A DNA stretch of 64,000 nucleotides, taken from the NCBI GenBank assembly GCA_017654855.1, contig CM030334.1:992001-1056000 (forward strand). Direction: 5' to 3'. Of the stretch, positions 60,173 to 64,000 are shown in pieces; the first letter of the stretch is position 1; each line of letters starts with the position of its first letter. The translations under genes and the position numbers were made by a program. The stretch is from Podospora anserina. Its lineage: Eukaryota. The notes beneath the pieces are model-generated. The model was not told where the DNA came from. It saw only the letters and a list, made by a program, of their open reading frames with translations, and searched no databases.

Positions 60173-61493
60173 ATGGAGGGGGGGTTGAAAGGCAAGGGGA
60201 GAGGGGGGTGGTTCGGGCGAGATTTTTTAGATTGAATGTTGGAATTTATAGACCTGAACTCCTACCGGAGTGTTGGAACGATGGTTTTGTGTAACAACTT
60301 GAAGTTGACATTGACCCCCTTTTCTCATATCACCCTTTTTCCACATTGCCGCTCAACCCCCTCTCCCTGCCTTGCTCTCTTCTTATATCAACCCCCGTCT
60401 GATACCCTCTTCCATCTAACCCTTTCCTTTAACCACCCTTCCCACCTCTCCTTCTTCCACCACCCCTCCCCATCACCTTTCACCTACCTCCTACACACCT
60501 TCCACCCCACAACATCAGAACCACCATTAGGAGCGGGCCACACGCGCACAGGCCAGAGAGCAGCCGTCAAATGGAATTCCCACAGGCCAGAGTAGTGTGC
60601 GCTTCACTTTGTGTTCGCTCGCGCCCGAGTACAGGACCGCGAAAGGGGTTACACGTTGACGGGCGGGAGTTTGTGAATAGGTTGGGTGATGGTTGGCAGG
60701 TGATTCGGTGGCCATCTTGGTGCGGGTATTGGTGAGATGGTTATACCAGGGAGGAAAATGGTTATTCTCGTGGAGGGCTGGGGACGGGGCATGGCCGTGT
60801 TGGTCGATTGGATGTCGTGATGGTTGATGAAGACGGGATGGGTGGTGTACTTGGGCAACCGGGGTCTAAGCGGACAATGCCTAATGGTTTGGCCCGGTCA
60901 TGGTAAGACGGGTCTAGGTCCTGTTTTGGTGGTATACAATTACTGTCTGGTTTTCTGTCAATAGAAATATCAAGTTCAACAACGCTCAAGAGTTGGATAT
61001 TGACAAGGAACTTATTTCCATGACTCCCAGTGTTGTTGATGTGTCTTCCGCATTGTCAAGTCTAAAATGTGAGCAAAAATGATGTCGTTCCATGCCCAAA
61101 GTTTCATTTTTGAGGAGACAAAGCATCTACATCAGACCCTACCATATGCCAATCACGAAGGATGCCTTGATGTAAAACTAGTGGGCGTCAGAATAACACT
61201 CACATGTGTCTTCAAAACGTCAACCTACCTCACCGGATAATCAAGGTGCCTTGTGGAACGGTAGATAGGCCTCTAAACATTGGAAAGAGCCCCCTAATTA
61301 TTTTCGACAGGCCTCTTATTATATCTGGTAGGCCTCTTATTATCTTCAATATACTTGATAGGGCTCATTTAACCCATGCTAAGGCCTTATTTAATACCTT
61401 GAAGGCCTCACAAACACACAGCACGCCCTTCCGTAACCTCAACACCCCCATGAACATCCCTTCAACATCCCTTCAATACCCCTCCCCCTAGAA

Positions 61494-62828
61494 TCACCCA
61501 TCCAAAACCCCCTGACAAGCCCTCAAACTCCCCACAACCGTCAAACTCAACAACGGGCTAATAATATACGAAATCGTCAACAACCTCGCAATCGCACCCT
61601 CCTGCTCCCCCCCCACCCCCTCCGTAACCTGCACCAAACTAATCAACTTCTGTGCCGACGGCCCCGCAGGCATAAGCATCATGGTAAACCACAAAATAGG
61701 ATCACTCCCCACCCAATCCGTCTTCGTCGCCAGCAGCCAAATCGTCCCGATGCTCATCACCGGCCAGATGACAAACCGCACCAGCAGAATAAACGACACC
61801 GTACCCCAGGGGACAATCTTCCTCAGCTTCCCATCTTCCCTCCCTTGTTTCCTGCTCTTGCGGAACTCCTTGATCGAGTTGAACAGCGAAAGCCCAGTGA
61901 CGAGGACAGGCAGGGGCGCAAACAACTGGCTGATCGTCTTGAGGGAAGCGGTCAACCAAGCGGTGAAGATACCGCCTTCTTGAGTCGGGGCAAAAAAGGC
62001 CTTGTGAAGAGGGGGAGCCAGGCCAACCACAGCGCCAATCACCGCCCCAATGAGGGGGGCGTTGAAAAAGGACAGGACGAGCGACACCCACCACTGGGCA
62101 CGAGGGGAGAGACCATCCCACTGCTCCTGCGACACAAAAAAAGGGTGCTCGTCCGTGTAGTTCTCCTGCTGCCGGTTGTCGCGCCCACTCGACGAGCTGT
62201 TCCGGTTCCCGAGGAGACGAGTCTGCTCGTCCGCACTCGCTTCTTCATCATCCTGATTCCCGCCTCCGCTCTCGTCCGAACCATCCTTGTCCTCGCCATC
62301 CCACGAGTCCGTGTCCTCGAGCAAACGAGGACCAACCGCAAAAGTAATGCAGTTGGAGATTGTTGAAAACACCAAAAAGTACGACTTGGCGCGCTCGACT
62401 GCTTCCTTGCTGGATTCATCTCCCATGACCAGCGTGTCCAAAATTCCCGTCTCTTGTAGTGCCCCAATGAGGAGGAGCGGGTAACTCGTGGTGTTGTTGA
62501 TGAGGATGGCGACGGAGGCCCAGTTGGGCATTCCGAAACCGAATTGGGCGAGCATGCCGATGCCAAAGGAGACAATGTGGCAGACTACACCCCAGATGAC
62601 GATGGGGACATAGTTGCTGACGGAGTCGAGGTCGAGTTGAGAGCCGACTTTGGTGATGAGAAGCGCAGGCAAAAAAAGCTGGACGCAGATCTTGGAGATC
62701 TTCTTGCTGCTTTTGCGGTCGAGAAGTCCCAGCCAGCCCGCGACGCCGCCATAGGTCATGACGAGGAGGACTGAGAGGGAGGCCTGGATGGCGCCGAGAA
62801 AAGATTCGAAGAGGCCGGTAGACCCCAT
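61494..62828 (-). CDS. auxin efflux carrier (AEC/PILS-like, membrane transport protein family) transporter
   Basis: About 10 TM segments in two blocks around an acidic loop; LFLPALLITKVG, NNTTSYPLLL, FNAPLIGA..G..VG..PPL, RFVIWP, DPILWF.MMLMP.GPSA. Confidence 0.9.
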   Translation of the reverse strand: MGSTGLFESFLGAIQASLSVLLVMTYGGVAGWLGLLDRKSSKKISKICVQLFLPALLITKVGSQLDLDSVSNYVPIVIWGVVCHIVSFGIGMLAQFGFGMPNWASVAILINNTTSYPLLLIGALQETGILDTLVMGDESSKEAVERAKSYFLVFSTISNCITFAVGPRLLEDTDSWDGEDKDGSDESGGGNQDDEEASADEQTRLLGNRNSSSSGRDNRQQENYTDEHPFFVSQEQWDGLSPRAQWWVSLVLSFFNAPLIGAVIGAVVGLAPPLHKAFFAPTQEGGIFTAWLTASLKTISQLFAPLPVLVTGLSLFNSIKEFRKSRKQGREDGKLRKIVPWGTVSFILLVRFVIWPVMSIGTIWLLATKTDWVGSDPILWFTMMLMPAGPSAQKLISLVQVTEGVGGEQEGAIARLLTISYIISPLLSLTVVGSLRACQGVLDG

Positions 62829-64000
62829 GGTGATTGTTTTGATGTCGTCTGCTACAAGGTGTGGTGTGTTAGTCGAGGCTTTGGAAGTGCTCTGGGCGAA
62901 GCTGATAAGCTTCTCTTGGAGGGTGTGATGGTTCAGGCACCATGCGCAGAAGATCTGGGGAAGAGATCTAGGTGTGGTAGATGTCTTGCTCAAATATGGT
63001 TCCTGAAAGGTCTAGAACGTGTCGTGTGCTTGATTGCCTTGGCTGGCACCCGACGCCTTGGAACAGCTGAATGCATGACGAGTGGGCGCTCAAACTGATG
63101 ACGAAAGCCAAGAAACGGTGGCCGGCCAGGGGTTGGTTGTCGCGATCACGACAAAGCCAAGAAGGCCAAGACAAGGCGCCGTTGGGAATGTGGGTCTATG
63201 ATTTAAAGTGGCTTTTGGCTGGGTAAGAACTAAAACACTGAAAGACATTGCTTGGCATGAATCAATCCAGATTCATGACTTGCAGAAGTCCATTAGACAT
63301 AGCTTCCCAAAATGGCCTATCTGAACATCATATGAAAATGATAGAGTGGAGATGGCAGATGTGAAGAGTCTCAATAGAGGTGAGGCCATCTTTCGAAATA
63401 TTGACCTTCCCAGACCTATGGCTGAGAAGCTCGAAGCAAAAAGTGACGGGAAAGTGCAGAGGTTTCGATGGAACAAGCAATTCGACCAAAAGTCAAGAAC
63501 AGCCACTTGACTGTTCCAAACATCCGAGGAAACGCCAAAGAAACACTACATCGTCAGAAAGCAAAACTGAATAGCTGGGCTTACCGACAATCTCCCAGCC
63601 GCGCGAGCAGCCGGTCACGGGGGGCGGGGCTGGAGGTGGCGGCGGCGGCGGGGGCGGAGGAGGAGGAGGAGGGCCCGGAGGGGGGGTTAGTGGCGGCGTC
63701 GGCGGCGGCGCCCTGGGAGGCGTGTGAGTAGGCGTTGGAGGCGGCGTGTAAGGGCTCGCGGATCCCATCTTGACGTTCTTGATAACAAGAGGAAAAAAAG
63801 GCCAGACACTGGCGATTTTTTCTGACACTACTTCACCACTCCAGCCTAGCTGCCCTACAGAAGGAAGGAGCCCCTCACCATATGCTCCCAGTGACAGGTC
63901 ATTATGTCGATACCTGTAGAGAAATAAACTTCTTCGATCAATCGAGACAGAAACTACATCTTCATGTTCAACTCAATTATCCCAGATACCATCCAGTTTG

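Noticed and set aside
63493-63770. Proline-rich minus-strand ORF (MGSASPYTPPP...)
   Set aside because: Low-complexity GC-rich tract open on both strands; the candidate intron is only 39 nt; gene status unsupported.
1-64000. Spok meiotic-drive gene, Starship captain recombinase, het-s-type amyloid motif, tRNA or 5S rRNA genes
   Set aside because: I looked for them by eye given the apparent taxon and found no recognisable motifs. Dedicated searches were not run.

Overview
Eukaryotic (filamentous ascomycete, Sordariales-like) genomic DNA with short GT-AG introns and strong RIP signatures in repeats. The LTR architecture is reminiscent of the Podospora anserina complex, but this is inference only. 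The left ~17 kb is accessory-like: a RIP-mutated Fot1/pogo transposon between two F-box-like paralogs (one a pseudogene), orphan ORFs, and a nest of solo LTRs. The middle holds an HSL-type esterase, a cycloeucalenol cycloisomerase (CPI1)-like gene, a spliced 98-aa gene missing from the ORF track, a decayed SesB/lipase-NACHT NLR, a GH31 glycosidase and several hypothetical or secreted proteins. The right part holds a HAD-IIA hydrolase, an aldo-keto reductase, and a tandem array of four Cys-rich, GPI-type surface-protein paralogs (two intact, two lesioned) interrupted by a TIR element and a solo LTR. It ends with NmrA-like, choice-of-anchor-B-like, Hrip1/Alt a 1-like and PILS/AEC transporter genes. 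The most notable observations are the Cys-rich GPI array, the fungal CPI1 homolog, a 58-bp TG...CA mini-repeat pair, and LTRs with swapped upstream motif arrays. All calls were made by eye; no searches were run.
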